A stretch of 64,000 nt of DNA, from contig OZ244621.1 of assembly GCA_965218425.1 (NCBI GenBank), forward strand, positions 1,792,001-1,856,000. Reading direction: 5' to 3'. A program made the translations under genes and the position numbers. Every line of letters starts with the position of its first letter. The first letter of the stretch is position 1. A model generated the notes under the pieces. That model did no database searches. It worked only from the letters and a program-made list of their open reading frames with translations, and was not told the origin of the DNA. Source of the DNA: an uncultured Candidatus Binatia bacterium. Lineage in GTDB: Bacteria > Desulfobacterota > Binatia > UBA9968 > CAXXLF01. Of the stretch, positions 50,287 through 60,755 are shown piece after piece.

Positions 50287-51393
50287 CTAGCGGGCTTTGA
50301 TACCTACCGCCGCTGGGATGTCTTTCAGCCCGTCGCGCTGGAGCAGCTTGAGTAATCCTCGGTTGATCTTTCTCACCAAGGCCGGACCTTCGTAAACGAA
50401 TCCGGTGTATACCTGGAGCGCAGTTGCGCCAGCGGTGATCTTTTCATAGGCATCTTCAGGGGTGAACACTCCGCCAGAACCGATTATGGGCAGATTGCCC
50501 TGGGTGGCCTGGTAAATATGGCGAATGAGCTCAGTAGCCCGCGCGCTTAACGGTTTGCCGCTCAAGCCGCCAGGTTCTTCCAATCGAGTGATGAGCCTCT
50601 CTCTCAAAAAAGCCGTTGCGTTAGTTGCAATGATGGCGTTTACCCGGTGGGTCTGAAGCACTTCGATTATTTCGTCCAGCTGTCCCAACTCCATATCTGG
50701 AGCAATCTTCACCAGGATCGGCTTTGGATGGGCATTTTTTTGGGTTGCAGTCTCGAGGTTTCTTTCCTGAATCGCTCCAAGCAACTCCTGAAGATAACCT
50801 ATTTCCTGAAGGTCACGAAGGTTTGGCGTGTTGGGGGAGCTGACGTTTAGAGTGAAGTAGTCACCGAAGGGGTAGAGCCTTTCGAAGGTGAAGAGATAGT
50901 CTAAAGCGGCATCTTTGTTCTCGACGACCTTACTCCTCCCGATGTTGATACCAAGAGGTATCCGGGGAAGCGCGCCTTCCTTCTGCCAACGATCCAACCT
51001 TTCACTGATGGCCACCGCCCCCTGGTTGTTGAACCCGAGACGGTTTATCAAGGCCTGATCCTCCGGTAGACGGAATAGCCGTGGCTTCGGATTGCCAGGT
51101 TGTGCCTGAGCGGTTACCGCGCCGATCTCTATGAAACCAAAACCGAACCCGGGCAGAGTTCTTATCGCCACGGCATTTTTATCGAAACCCGCCGCCAATC
51201 CCACTGGGTTGGAAAAGGTCAGGGGACCCAGCCGGACTGTGAGACGCTCATCATCGACTCGACATAGAGGTTGCAGTGCGCCTTGGAGCAGGTTTACATG
51301 AGAAAGAAGTGAAAGAGTCTGTTCGTGGGTTTTCTCCGCGTCTCCCAGGAAAAGGAGCGGACGGAGCAGGCTTTTATAAAACACAATTTCCAT
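50287..51393 (-). CDS. pyrD: Quinone-dependent dihydroorotate dehydrogenase
   Basis: NPVGLAAGFDKN, INRLGFNN, NVSSPNTP, KIAPD and GGLSG motifs. Confidence 0.96.
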   Translation of the reverse strand: MEIVFYKSLLRPLLFLGDAEKTHEQTLSLLSHVNLLQGALQPLCRVDDERLTVRLGPLTFSNPVGLAAGFDKNAVAIRTLPGFGFGFIEIGAVTAQAQPGNPKPRLFRLPEDQALINRLGFNNQGAVAISERLDRWQKEGALPRIPLGINIGRSKVVENKDAALDYLFTFERLYPFGDYFTLNVSSPNTPNLRDLQEIGYLQELLGAIQERNLETATQKNAHPKPILVKIAPDMELGQLDEIIEVLQTHRVNAIIATNATAFLRERLITRLEEPGGLSGKPLSARATELIRHIYQATQGNLPIIGSGGVFTPEDAYEKITAGATALQVYTGFVYEGPALVRKINRGLLKLLQRDGLKDIPAAVGIKAR

Positions 51394-51419
51394 ATAGCAT
51401 ACATGCGAAGGTGCATGCC

Positions 51420-52042
51420 ATGCGATACGCCAGAGATGTCAGTTTCATGGGGTCTAGACCTTGCATGGTCTGACAGGAACCCGAGCGGAGTGGCTCACCT
51501 CGTTTTACAAGGCAATGGATGCCTCCTGTTAGAGACGGACCATCTCAGTTCGGATGAAGACATTACCACGCCGGGGCATATCCCGGAAATCGGGAGCGGT
51601 GTGAGCGGCCCATTCGATTATCCGGCAAACTGGCGGCGCAGGGATTTTCCCCAGATCCTTTTCCTCCCTTAAAATGGAGGAGGAGACAACTGGAAATATT
51701 TCCCCACCTGGTTCAGGTGGGGTTTTTCGGTAGGAAGAGGATCATTAAATACAAGAAGGGCGGCATAGATCAAAAAAGGAGCGGCCTCAGGCAACTTCAA
51801 CGTGCGGTGGGGAGGAATCTACCAGCGCAAACTCCTCCACTTCTCCCTTCCCGGTCTCTCCAACGGTTGCTTGAGGAGAAACCACAAAATCTACAGGGCA
51901 GGCGATAAAAGGACTATAGGACAGGGTCGATGCTTTAATGTGTGCCTACATGTCCTATTATTTTTGGTATTGGCGCAAGGGTCGGTGTGAGATCCTAGGC
52001 GATCTCAAGACGAGATACATTATTGGGCCAAAGAATGGATAA
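51420..52042 (+). pseudogene. Degraded DUF429 (RNase H-like) gene
   Basis: Fragments GLDLAW..NPSGVA, EIFPH, IKYKKG and DRVDALMCAY lie in different frames. Confidence 0.65.
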
Positions 52043-52154
52043 TGTAAGGCCCAAGTCATAGGGACATTCAGCTTCGCCTTATTGCCCACGGCATTTGAGC
52101 TCGATCCCCGAGGAGAATGCGGGCTCGGGGGCCTGCCCCTTCGGATAGTGAGAG

Positions 52155-52955
52155 CTAAATCTTTTTCCAGAAACGGTAGAAGTGGTGAACAGGGCTATGG
52201 CCGTTGCCAATGGGGAAGCCGTTACGAATGGCACGGGTGATAAATTGTTTCGCCTCCACAACGGCCTTGTCTAATTTTCTTCCCTTTGCCAGGTTCGCGG
52301 CTATGGCTGCAGAATAGGTGCAGCCAGTCCCGTGTGTATTGGCTGTGGAAATCCTGGCGGCGGTTAGCTCACGAAATATTTTTCCATCGTAGAAAATATC
52401 TTTAGCCGCTCCCTTCCTATGACCTCCTTTGATCACCACGTTTTTCGCCCCCATGTCCATGAGACGCCTGGCGGCGTCTTTTAAGTCTTTCATTCGGGTG
52501 ACGGCAATTCCAGTGAGCTCCTCTGCTTCAGGGATATTGGGGGTAACGATGGTGGCTAGCGGGATCAGCCGAGAGCGAAGGGTCTCAAGGGCATCCTTTC
52601 GTAACAGGATATCTCCGCCCTTGGCCACCATGACCGGGTCCACGACGAGGTTTCGCAGACCATGTTCCCGGATCTTTTCCGCTACAACGGTAATGATCTC
52701 AGCGTTTGCCAGCATACCCGTTTTGAGGGCAGAGGCGCCGATGTCCTGGATCACCGCATCCATCTGAGCGGCGATCATTGCCGGAGGCAGTTCCATCACC
52801 TGGGCCACTCTTTGAGTATTCTGCGCGGTGATGGCGGTGATGACAGAAGTCCCATAGACGCCAAAGGCGGCGAAGGTTTTTAGGTCCGCCTGAGCTCCCG
52901 CCCCAGCCCCTGAGTCTGACCCTGCAATGGTCATGGCTTTATATACGGCCTGCAT
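52155..52955 (-). CDS. thiD: Hydroxymethylpyrimidine/phosphomethylpyrimidine kinase
   Basis: TIAGSDSG.GAG.QADLKT, KTGML, DPVM and THGTGCT motifs. Confidence 0.96.
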   Translation of the reverse strand: MQAVYKAMTIAGSDSGAGAGAQADLKTFAAFGVYGTSVITAITAQNTQRVAQVMELPPAMIAAQMDAVIQDIGASALKTGMLANAEIITVVAEKIREHGLRNLVVDPVMVAKGGDILLRKDALETLRSRLIPLATIVTPNIPEAEELTGIAVTRMKDLKDAARRLMDMGAKNVVIKGGHRKGAAKDIFYDGKIFRELTAARISTANTHGTGCTYSAAIAANLAKGRKLDKAVVEAKQFITRAIRNGFPIGNGHSPVHHFYRFWKKI

Positions 52956-53136
52956 GGAAACCCATCCTAGCCCCGATCTCTTAAAAGATCGAGTGCCCCT
53001 CCAGAGCTACGAGTAACGAGGACCGAGTGGGGAGAAGAACGGCGTGAGGGATAGGGTTAAGTGTAAGCAGCTCTCTGTGCTTTTCACTGAATGGCTGCCC
53101 GCTGCTCACTGCCGACTGATTTTGCATTGTGCATTC

Positions 53137-53979
53137 TTAGGTGGGGTCGCTTTGCCTTCCAGCGGCGGCGCGTTCAATAAAGCTCTTCAATGCCGCAAAG
53201 TAGGGGTCCCCGCCCACGGTGAAGGTATTGTTATGCTTGGCTCCGCGGATTGTGTAAAACTCCTTCGGCTCCAGGGCCGCATCGAAAACCATTTTCCCCT
53301 GGACGAAGGGAACAATGTCATCCTGGTCTCCATGCAATACCAGGACAGGTTGCTGTACCCGTTTAATATTTGCCAAGACGTCGTATTCAGTGCTCAAGAA
53401 TGGGCCAATGGGAAGGTACGGGAAGACCGCCTTGGCCATCTCCCGAATGGAAGCGAAGGGAGTCTCAAGGATAAGGGCAAGGGCCTCTTCCCGATGGGCT
53501 AGGTACGCTGCCACAGCGGCTCCCAGTGAACGGCCAAATATGACGATTCGCTTGGGGGCGATGTCCTTTTGACTACGCAGATAATGGTATGCAGCCAGAG
53601 CGTCTTTGTAGGTTCCCTCCTCCGATACCCGGCCCTCGCTTCTCCCGTAACCGCGGTAATCGACGATGAATATATGTGTTTTAACCTTCTCGTGGATCAG
53701 CCTTATGTTCTGTAACCGGTGACTGATATTGCCGGCATTGCCGTGAAACCATAGCAGCGTATCTTCTCCCTCCGGTGACGGAATGAACCAGCCGTTTAGC
53801 TTCACGTCGTCTTCGGTGGTGAAATAGATGTCTTCGTAAGGCAGACCCAACTCCTTGGGGGTCCCGTCCATGCCGGAGGTGGGATAGAAAATTAAAGAGT
53901 TTTCCATCTGGCAGCTCCACAGAAATGGGAGGACCGGGATGAGGAGGACAAGTTTCAGGACCCTCCGATATAGGGCCAT
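53137..53979 (-). CDS. Alpha/beta hydrolase (ABHD13/Bem46-like)
   Basis: FHGNAGN, DYRGYG.S.G, GRSLG and HG..D.IVP motifs. Confidence 0.9.
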   Translation of the reverse strand: MALYRRVLKLVLLIPVLPFLWSCQMENSLIFYPTSGMDGTPKELGLPYEDIYFTTEDDVKLNGWFIPSPEGEDTLLWFHGNAGNISHRLQNIRLIHEKVKTHIFIVDYRGYGRSEGRVSEEGTYKDALAAYHYLRSQKDIAPKRIVIFGRSLGAAVAAYLAHREEALALILETPFASIREMAKAVFPYLPIGPFLSTEYDVLANIKRVQQPVLVLHGDQDDIVPFVQGKMVFDAALEPKEFYTIRGAKHNNTFTVGGDPYFAALKSFIERAAAGRQSDPT

Positions 53980-54102
53980 ACGGTATTCAGATCCAGGATC
54001 TGACTCCTGTGTGCCTTTCGAGATCGTTTTGCCAATGGATGACTTTGGAGATTGTAGTTTCGGGATGCTGGCTTTGTTATGGGTCGTGCTGGACGTGACA
54101 TT

Positions 54103-54561
54103 CTAATGCTTGCGTTCGTCTCTTAGTTTCCACTCTAGACCGTCAATAATGCACTCCACGCTGGCCCGGAGAATGTCCTCGGCGACTCCGACGGTTCCCC
54201 AGCTTTCTTGACCGTCGGTAAAAATACCCAGAACCCGAACGGGCCCTCCGATTCCCAGTTCGTCATCATCACCGGGAACCTCACCGTGATGCAGCAACCG
54301 TACGTCAAACTCGGTCAACTGGACCTCGGAGAGCTGCGGGTAGTGCTTTTCTAGGACTTTACGCATGGCATTGTCCAGTGCATGGACTGGCCCGCGTCCA
54401 ACGCCTACCTCTTGCTCTTCGGTTCCAAAGATGTCCAATTGAACGGAAGCCTCGGTACGGCTCAAGGTTTGCTCCGTATTCTGAAAGTCCACCTGGTCGT
54501 CGATTTTGCAACGAATCACACGGAACGGTTTGAGGTAGTCTTCCCGCCTTCGAATGGACAT
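54103..54561 (-). CDS. Stand-alone LeuA/CimA C-terminal regulatory domain
   Basis: EASV...G.GPVHALDNA.RK.L...YP....V.L..F.VR and WGTVGV...I..AS motifs. Confidence 0.8.
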   Translation of the reverse strand: MSIRRREDYLKPFRVIRCKIDDQVDFQNTEQTLSRTEASVQLDIFGTEEQEVGVGRGPVHALDNAMRKVLEKHYPQLSEVQLTEFDVRLLHHGEVPGDDDELGIGGPVRVLGIFTDGQESWGTVGVAEDILRASVECIIDGLEWKLRDERKH

Positions 54562-54796
54562 GAGTTCAAAGGAAGCCCAAGCCCCATCCAGGCGAAAAAA
54601 TCCTCTTTAAGATCCTTTTTCATAAGCCCCTCCTTTGGTTTCGCCAGCCCTTTTATTATATCGCTGTGAGCATGGGGTAGCTAGGGGCAAATGTTACAAT
54701 CTTAAGGGGTTATAGAAGAGGAAGAGCTAGGTGCATGATTCCCGCCCGCGAAAATGACCTTCCCCAGGGTACATAAATTTGATATCATTTTATACG

Positions 54797-55369
54797 ATGC
54801 AAAAGACAATCACCGGCGAACGAATGCATACCTTCTTTCTCAAGCTCACCCGTCAGAGCTTCTGGGAGCTCGGCATCAACGATCCTTTGGTGGCGGAGTA
54901 TGTGGCAGATGTGTTGACCGATTTCGTACGAGCTGAAAACCTCACCAAGATACGATCTCGGCCGGAAAAGAAATTGGAGAGCGTGGTGGAAGTGCTGGCT
55001 GAAAGCAAAGAGGATACTTTGCGCGATAACCCTACCCTGCTACAAGAAAGGGCCGTACGTAAACATGTTGGGGACTACGCGTTGTTCATGAGCGGCATCT
55101 TCCGGTCCTATGTGGAACATCATGGGTTTCTCGACTACTATCTCCAAGAGGGGAGCCGGTCCTATTGGACGGTATCGGAGTTGGACCTTTCCCTGTACCG
55201 GACGGGTTTTCTTCTCTACCAGGAGCTCTCCAAAAAATTTGAATATTTCTCCGGTGCCCTCGACTATATGCGCAAAGCTTATTTTGTTCCCGAGCCGGGG
55301 AAAGATCCGTTTGCGGGCTTTCTAAAACAGATTGAGGGTTGGATGAGAGTTAACATAACCGAAAATTAA
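54797..55369 (+). CDS. Conserved hypothetical protein
   Basis: Intact ORF with YVADVL..F, HVGDYALFMSGIF and YY..EG..SY patterns. Confidence 0.7.
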   Translation: MQKTITGERMHTFFLKLTRQSFWELGINDPLVAEYVADVLTDFVRAENLTKIRSRPEKKLESVVEVLAESKEDTLRDNPTLLQERAVRKHVGDYALFMSGIFRSYVEHHGFLDYYLQEGSRSYWTVSELDLSLYRTGFLLYQELSKKFEYFSGALDYMRKAYFVPEPGKDPFAGFLKQIEGWMRVNITEN

Positions 55370-55467
55370 TTGGCTCCAGCCTCCATCCTCAAAAACCTTC
55401 CCACATTCGTCCGTTCCTTTTTGGGCTGTTTGCTTTGAGCAGAAAAAAGAAATTTCGGGATTAATCT

Positions 55468-56478
55468 GTGAAAAAAATTCTACTCGGGACAATTTTCGTT
55501 TTCCTCTCAACGTTTTTATTCGTTGGGTTTTTAATTGTTTACATTTCGAATCCCTCCCAAAACGGGCGAGGTGTGGTGGAGCTTAAGGTGGAACGAGGGG
55601 AGCCCTTTTATTCAGTGGTACGGGGTCTGAAGGGAAAAGGGGTAATTACCAATGAGAGGCTGTTTACTCTCTGGGCTCGGATGTGGTCGCTGGATAAGCG
55701 AATTCACTGGGGGCTTTATCGGTTTGAACTACCCATGGCCCCTCGAAAAGTCCTGGATCAAATGGTTTTGGGAAGGGGAGCGTTTCATCGCATTACCGTC
55801 CCGGAGGGACTCACCCAGAGCGACATTGCCCAACTCCTGGAGAAAGAAGGATTGGTGCAAGGAGAGAGTTTTCTAAAAGCGGCCAATAGCCCGGAGATTC
55901 CTGCCCAGCTTGGTATCGAGGCCAAGCAGGTGGAAGGCTACCTCTTTCCGGATACCTACTATTTTCCGGCTTCGGTCACAGAAAAGGACATCCTGGTTGC
56001 CATGGTCGAGCATTTTAAAGAGAGCTTTTCCCCACTGATGGAGGAGCAGGCTGGAGCATTGGGGCTCAAGAGACACGAAGTGGTAACTCTGGCGTCTCTC
56101 GTGGAGAAGGAGGCCAGCGTAGAGGCGGAGCGCCCCCTTGTCTCAGCCGTCTTTCATAATCGATTGAGAGGTGGCATTCCCCTTCAAAGCGACCCCACTG
56201 TGATTTATGGTCTCAAGGAGTTCACCGGGAACTTGACACGAAAAGACCTCAGGCGACCCAGCCCGTACAACACCTATCTTATCCGAGGGCTTCCACCCGG
56301 GCCCATCTGTAATCCTGGGCTGTCTTCACTCCAGGCCGCACTTTTGCCAGCCGAGGTGGAATACCTGTACTTTGTTTCCAAGAACGATGGTACCCATTTC
56401 TTTTCCAAGACCATCCGGGAACACAATCGAGCGGTAAACCGGTATCAAAGGTCCCGTCGCCGCTTCACCGGGCGGTAA
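55468..56478 (+). CDS. mltG: Endolytic transglycosylase MltG
   Basis: ITVPEG, EGYLFPDTY, LASLVEKE, LQSDPTV.Y and SPYNTY..GLPPGPI.NPG motifs. Confidence 0.95.
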   Translation: MKKILLGTIFVFLSTFLFVGFLIVYISNPSQNGRGVVELKVERGEPFYSVVRGLKGKGVITNERLFTLWARMWSLDKRIHWGLYRFELPMAPRKVLDQMVLGRGAFHRITVPEGLTQSDIAQLLEKEGLVQGESFLKAANSPEIPAQLGIEAKQVEGYLFPDTYYFPASVTEKDILVAMVEHFKESFSPLMEEQAGALGLKRHEVVTLASLVEKEASVEAERPLVSAVFHNRLRGGIPLQSDPTVIYGLKEFTGNLTRKDLRRPSPYNTYLIRGLPPGPICNPGLSSLQAALLPAEVEYLYFVSKNDGTHFFSKTIREHNRAVNRYQRSRRRFTGR

Positions 56479-56518
56479 CTTTAGAGGGAACCGATCCCCT
56501 TACAGGTCCAGTCATGTT

Positions 56519-57379
56519 ATGTATGTGGGCATGGCGGGCAGCTCACATAGCGAGAAAGGGCTCCCAGAAGGCTTGGTGAATGATCTGCATCGTCGACTCC
56601 GGTGGCATGGATTCTGGGACAGCCTCCTGAGCTTTTCGCCACCGCTTCTCGCCTTCTCCTGTCTGATATTCTCATTTTTTTACGCCGGATGGATTGCCAT
56701 GGAGGTGGCGGTTTTCACCTTCGCAGCGGGTCTTGGATTGTTCTTGGGTTTTGATGTGTGTTTGGGTGGGTAAATCTGACGGTAGCGTCCGTTGCCCGAT
56801 TGATTGACAACAGACTTCCCCCATCGATTCAGAAAATCCTTCTTTGCCTCGTTGATCGGTTCACTCATCCTTGTTTTGTTGGCCCAAGTTGTTCTACGGA
56901 CGACTCTTTATAGTTCACCCCAGGCTAATTCCATCAAGGGGCTTTCGGCGTTGGCTCGACAGCTTTCACAGGTTCCCGCTTCTGCGCAAGGCCCCGCGGA
57001 AAGTTTGGAAAAGGGTCAAGGAGTGAAGGAGGGCATGGAGATGGAAAGGATAAACCCGGAAGTGCAAACGGCGTGGGGGGAAAAGGGGAGACGTGTCAAA
57101 GGCGCAGACCGAGGGAAAGGGAACGAAGGATGGGCAGGACAAAATGCCCTCGGGGAAATTCCCCAGCGCTATTGCAAGGCTGACGAGAGGGGAGAGAAGG
57201 GAATCGAGGGGGCGCGCTACATCATTGTGGAGCTACCTGATACGGAGGGAGCCTCAGAGGTTTCGGTGACCTCAAAAAGTCGTAAGGAGTTGCGTGGGTC
57301 TAAAGTCCCTGTTAGCAACGTTCCGTTGCCCCCGCGGTCGGGTCGGGACGCGCCCCTTGGGAAGCAACGGTTCCTTTAG
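56519..57379 (+). pseudogene. Probable decayed membrane-protein gene (two fragments)
   Basis: Two short co-oriented ORFs with TM segments and a Gly/Glu/Lys-rich tail; family not identified. Confidence 0.35.
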
Positions 57380-57508
57380 AATATCGAGGGATGCTGCGCT
57401 AACAATAGAGCAACGATGGAACCACAGAGACTGCAAAAGATCCTGTCACGGCTGGAGATTGAGGATTTTATACCTCGCCGAGGCGTTTAAATCATAGGGT
57501 TTTAAAAC

Positions 57509-58509
57509 GTGGGACAGAAGAAGGCGAAGAAAACCGAGAGTGTCGGCGCCGGGCGGCGGCGCAGGAAACCGGCAGGGGCCTCCGCTGGATTAGCGCCCAC
57601 GGAACTGCAGCCCACGGCAGTGCCCCGGGAGGTTGACGGGATCCGGCAGGAGGTGGAAAGCGACGGTGGGAAGGTGATCGGTGTTTTTAGAGAACCATAC
57701 GCGGGACGCTGGGTGGTTTTGGCCGCCCTCCCGATCCATCAGGTTGAGCCCACGCCCTAATCAGCGCAATCTGTCGGACCCCCATGTTCGAAAGCTCGAA
57801 GGGGCCATCGGTACTCTCGGGCGATTTTTGGATCCCATCATCGTGGTTCGCCCGCAGAAATCCATTGAGGGTGATGTCAAGTACTGGACTCCCAACGGGC
57901 ATCACCGTCTATCCGCCATGCGTACCTTGGGAGCGAAGAGTATAACGGCGCTTTTAGTTCCGGAGGCTTCCCTGGCCTATCAAGTCTTGGCGTTGAACAC
58001 GGAAAAGGCCCATAACTTAAAGGGAGAAGGCCTTGGAAGTGATTCGCATGTACAAAGAGCTTTCAGCTTTGGATGATACCAGTACCGCCTACAGCTTGGA
58101 GTTCGAGGAACCGGCCCTCATTACTTTGGGACTCTGTTATGAACAGAGACCGCGCTTTAGCGGCGGGGCCTACAATCCAATCCTCAGACGTGTGGATCAG
58201 TTCCTGAATCAACCCCTCCGAAAAACACTGGAGGTTCGAGAAAAGAGGGCGAAGACGTTATTGGAATTGGACGACGCGGTGATTCAACAGGTGGAGACCC
58301 TGAAGGCCCGGGGACTCACCAGTCCTTATTTGAAGAGTTTTGTAGTGGCTCGCATTAATCCGGTCCGCTTCCGACCCAAGGATAGCGATCCCCTCAGCTT
58401 CGACGAAGCCCTGGGGCGTATGAGCAAGGCCCTAGAGAGATTCAACCCGGACAAGATTAAAATGGAAGACCTGGCACGGTCCGGCGGAGCGCCTGAGGAA
58501 AGCAGATGA
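57509..58509 (+). pseudogene. ParB N-terminal-domain protein with two +1 frameshifts
   Basis: EPTP(Y)QR.LS..H, WTPNGHHR and ALNTEKAHNL(R)EKALEV motifs. Removing one A near 57760 and one near 58020 gives a continuous ORF. Confidence 0.75.
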
Positions 58510-58564
58510 CACGAGCTAATGAGTGAAAGGAATCGGCCGCTAAAATTTGACTATGGTCCGTGAG

Positions 58565-59140
58565 TCATTTTTGGCCCAGTAGCTGTGCCCGGTACGATTC
58601 TTTGCCACCGTCCAAAAACCTTCCCTCCCGATAGCACAGAATTCGAATGTCACCGAAAAGATCTGGTAACTCATTGTATTGGAGTAGATAGGCCGGGTTC
58701 CTGGGATGACCCATGGCCTGCTGATCAATGAGGTAGGCGTCGAAGATGATGTGGCCTCCAGGTCGGAGGGCTTTTTTAATTCCGGGAATAATGGGTCGTA
58801 GAAGAAAATTAACATTCAGTATCAGGTCGTAGACGGAATCAGGGAACTCGAAACTTGCCAAATCCGCCCGTATTAAGTTCAGTGATCGGCCTTGCGCCTC
58901 AGCGTGTTTCCGGGCCTGCCTTAGCCCCGCCTCTGAAATATCGATGACATCCACCGCAAATCCCTTCTCGGCCAGGAAGAGGGCGTTTCGTCCCTTACCC
59001 GTGGCGATATCAAGGGCGCGTCCCGGCTGGATCCGCCACGGCCCGCTCTGAATAATCTGTCGCAAGAAGGCTGCTGGTTCGCCTGGTTCATCCTCCGCGG
59101 TGTGCTTCGAATCCCATCTCGATCTATCATCGGTGGCCAT
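58565..59140 (-). CDS. Class I SAM-dependent methyltransferase (TehB-like)
   Basis: GRALDIATGKGRNALFLA..G..V..IDIS and LRPGG motifs. Confidence 0.88.
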   Translation of the reverse strand: MATDDRSRWDSKHTAEDEPGEPAAFLRQIIQSGPWRIQPGRALDIATGKGRNALFLAEKGFAVDVIDISEAGLRQARKHAEAQGRSLNLIRADLASFEFPDSVYDLILNVNFLLRPIIPGIKKALRPGGHIIFDAYLIDQQAMGHPRNPAYLLQYNELPDLFGDIRILCYREGRFLDGGKESYRAQLLGQK

Positions 59141-59285
59141 AGTTTTCAGGCTTTACAGGTGTTGCGGATTGTCCTGTTGGATGAAGATACCAACACCAAA
59201 CGCTACCATGAAGAGCAGAAAAATCTCAATGAAGCTGTGCTCGGCACCCCAAGGCCCTGTCAAGGGGTTGAGCGTGCTTCTATAA

Positions 59286-59420
59286 GTGCTGCCCTCCCGT
59301 CGCTTCAGTGGTCCCGCGGCGGGCAGCATCGAAACTCGCTGCGCTCAACCGGTCGATGCTGCTCATCCTCAGCCTCGCAGAGGCTTCCAACGCCCCAGAA
59401 CCAAACTTTCGCTCAGGCAC
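59286..59420. repeat. REP-like palindromic element
   Basis: GCAGCATCGA / TCGATGCTGC (59323-59362) around AACTCGCTGCGCTCAA. Confidence 0.5.
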
Positions 59421-59435
59421 AGCGGTTCCTTTTGA

Positions 59436-60140
59436 ATGGATCGTGGGGTGACGGGGCTTGGCGAGCGAAATAAGGAAATTCCTCTGGTCGCATCATGGAA
59501 ATATGGAAGAGGCAAGGCCGTCGCCTTTGCGACGGATCTCCACGGTCGCTGGACAAAGGGTTGGATTGATTGGGATGGACTCGAAGAGTTTTGGCGCAGG
59601 ATCTTTCACTGGCTGGTTCCAATTAAAGACCCGTTACCGCCTTGCGAGGTGAGAATCAATCCTAGCGGCGGCCAGCCGGTTTGGGATTTGTTTCTCTATG
59701 GAGGGAAGGCGAAGTCTTCGGTCTTTCGTTATTCTTACCGTGGTAATAGAATCAAAGGTCAGGGATATCTCAGGAGCATCGCCCCAGGTCACTACCGCAG
59801 GGACCTTCCCTTTACTGCTCCTGGCGACTACCGCATAGAGCTGGCGCAGGTAACAGGGAAAGAAGAAACTCCCTTTCCACCACTTGGCTTTACACTCCCC
59901 TTTGACCCCAGGAGCGAAGTCCCGCGGGACCATCTCAATGCTCGGTTACTGGAGACACTGGCCCAAAGGACGGGCGGCGCCATTAACCCCGAAATGGGGG
60001 AACAGGTCAAACCAGCGAAGGTTCAACGCGTCATCCGGTCCCTTCGCACCTTTCCCATGCTCTTTGCCATGATTCTGTTTTTGCTGGAGACGTTGCTCGG
60101 CCGGTTGGTTCACTGGTGGGGTTGCACTTCGACCCTGTAA
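59436..60140 (+). pseudogene. C-terminal fragment of a large VWA/GATase1-like membrane protein
   Basis: PLVASWKYG.GK..AF.TD..GRW...W..W, L..LA..TGG and C-terminal TM; no N-terminal part or credible start. Confidence 0.6.
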
Positions 60141-60199
60141 TCCGCCTCATATGGACTTGGGCGTTTCGATTTATCCGTGGTGATGTGGTAAAAAAGCTC

Positions 60200-60487
60200 A
60201 TGGAGAAATCTTTGAATCAAGTTATATTCGATCTCGGTGCCAGGCTGGGCTCCCTTGAAGGTTACCTCTATGGGGAAGAGCGGGTGGAGAAGAAGTATCT
60301 GGCGGGCTGGCTGCAGAATATCGACAACCAGTTCTCGGGGCTCCCCCTTGAGACACAGAGGGAGATGGCCGGAGATTATGGGGAGGTCTTGAAAAAGGTG
60401 TTGGCCTTGCTCCAGAAAACCTTTGGTGATGGGGATGCCGATACCGTTAAATGTAAGGACATGACTGCCAAGTTAATTAGGAGGTAA
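60200..60487 (+). CDS. Small helical hypothetical protein
   Basis: Intact ORF, coupled to the next gene by GGAGG. Confidence 0.6.
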   Translation: MEKSLNQVIFDLGARLGSLEGYLYGEERVEKKYLAGWLQNIDNQFSGLPLETQREMAGDYGEVLKKVLALLQKTFGDGDADTVKCKDMTAKLIRR

Positions 60488-60490
60488 CCA

Positions 60491-60688
60491 ATGAAGAGGG
60501 TTGTGATTGAAATGATCAACGGGGAGCTCACGGGTGGCAGCAACGCAGAGATTGGGCTCAAACTCGGCGACCTTATTACCCAAAGCCTCCATTGGTGGCG
60601 GAGCCATCTTGGCGATAAGGACCGCATCGGCCTTGGCCGATGGCGGGTGGAGTCCATTGAGGTGAAAGAGATTCCCGCCTCGAAGTAA
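60491..60688 (+). CDS. Small hypothetical protein
   Basis: Strong RBS AGGAGGT; 65 aa. Confidence 0.6.
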   Translation: MKRVVIEMINGELTGGSNAEIGLKLGDLITQSLHWWRSHLGDKDRIGLGRWRVESIEVKEIPASK

Positions 60689-60691
60689 GGG

Positions 60692-60729
60692 GTTCAAAAC
60701 TTGAACTAGGATTTTCCTTTGCCTAAGAT
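60692..60729 (+). promoter_or_regulatory. lexA promoter with overlapping palindrome
   Basis: TTGAAC-17 nt-TAAGAT; palindrome GTTCAA-AAC-TTGAAC. Confidence 0.45.
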
Positions 60730-60755
60730 GAAATGGCTCGGCGGATAACCCTTCC

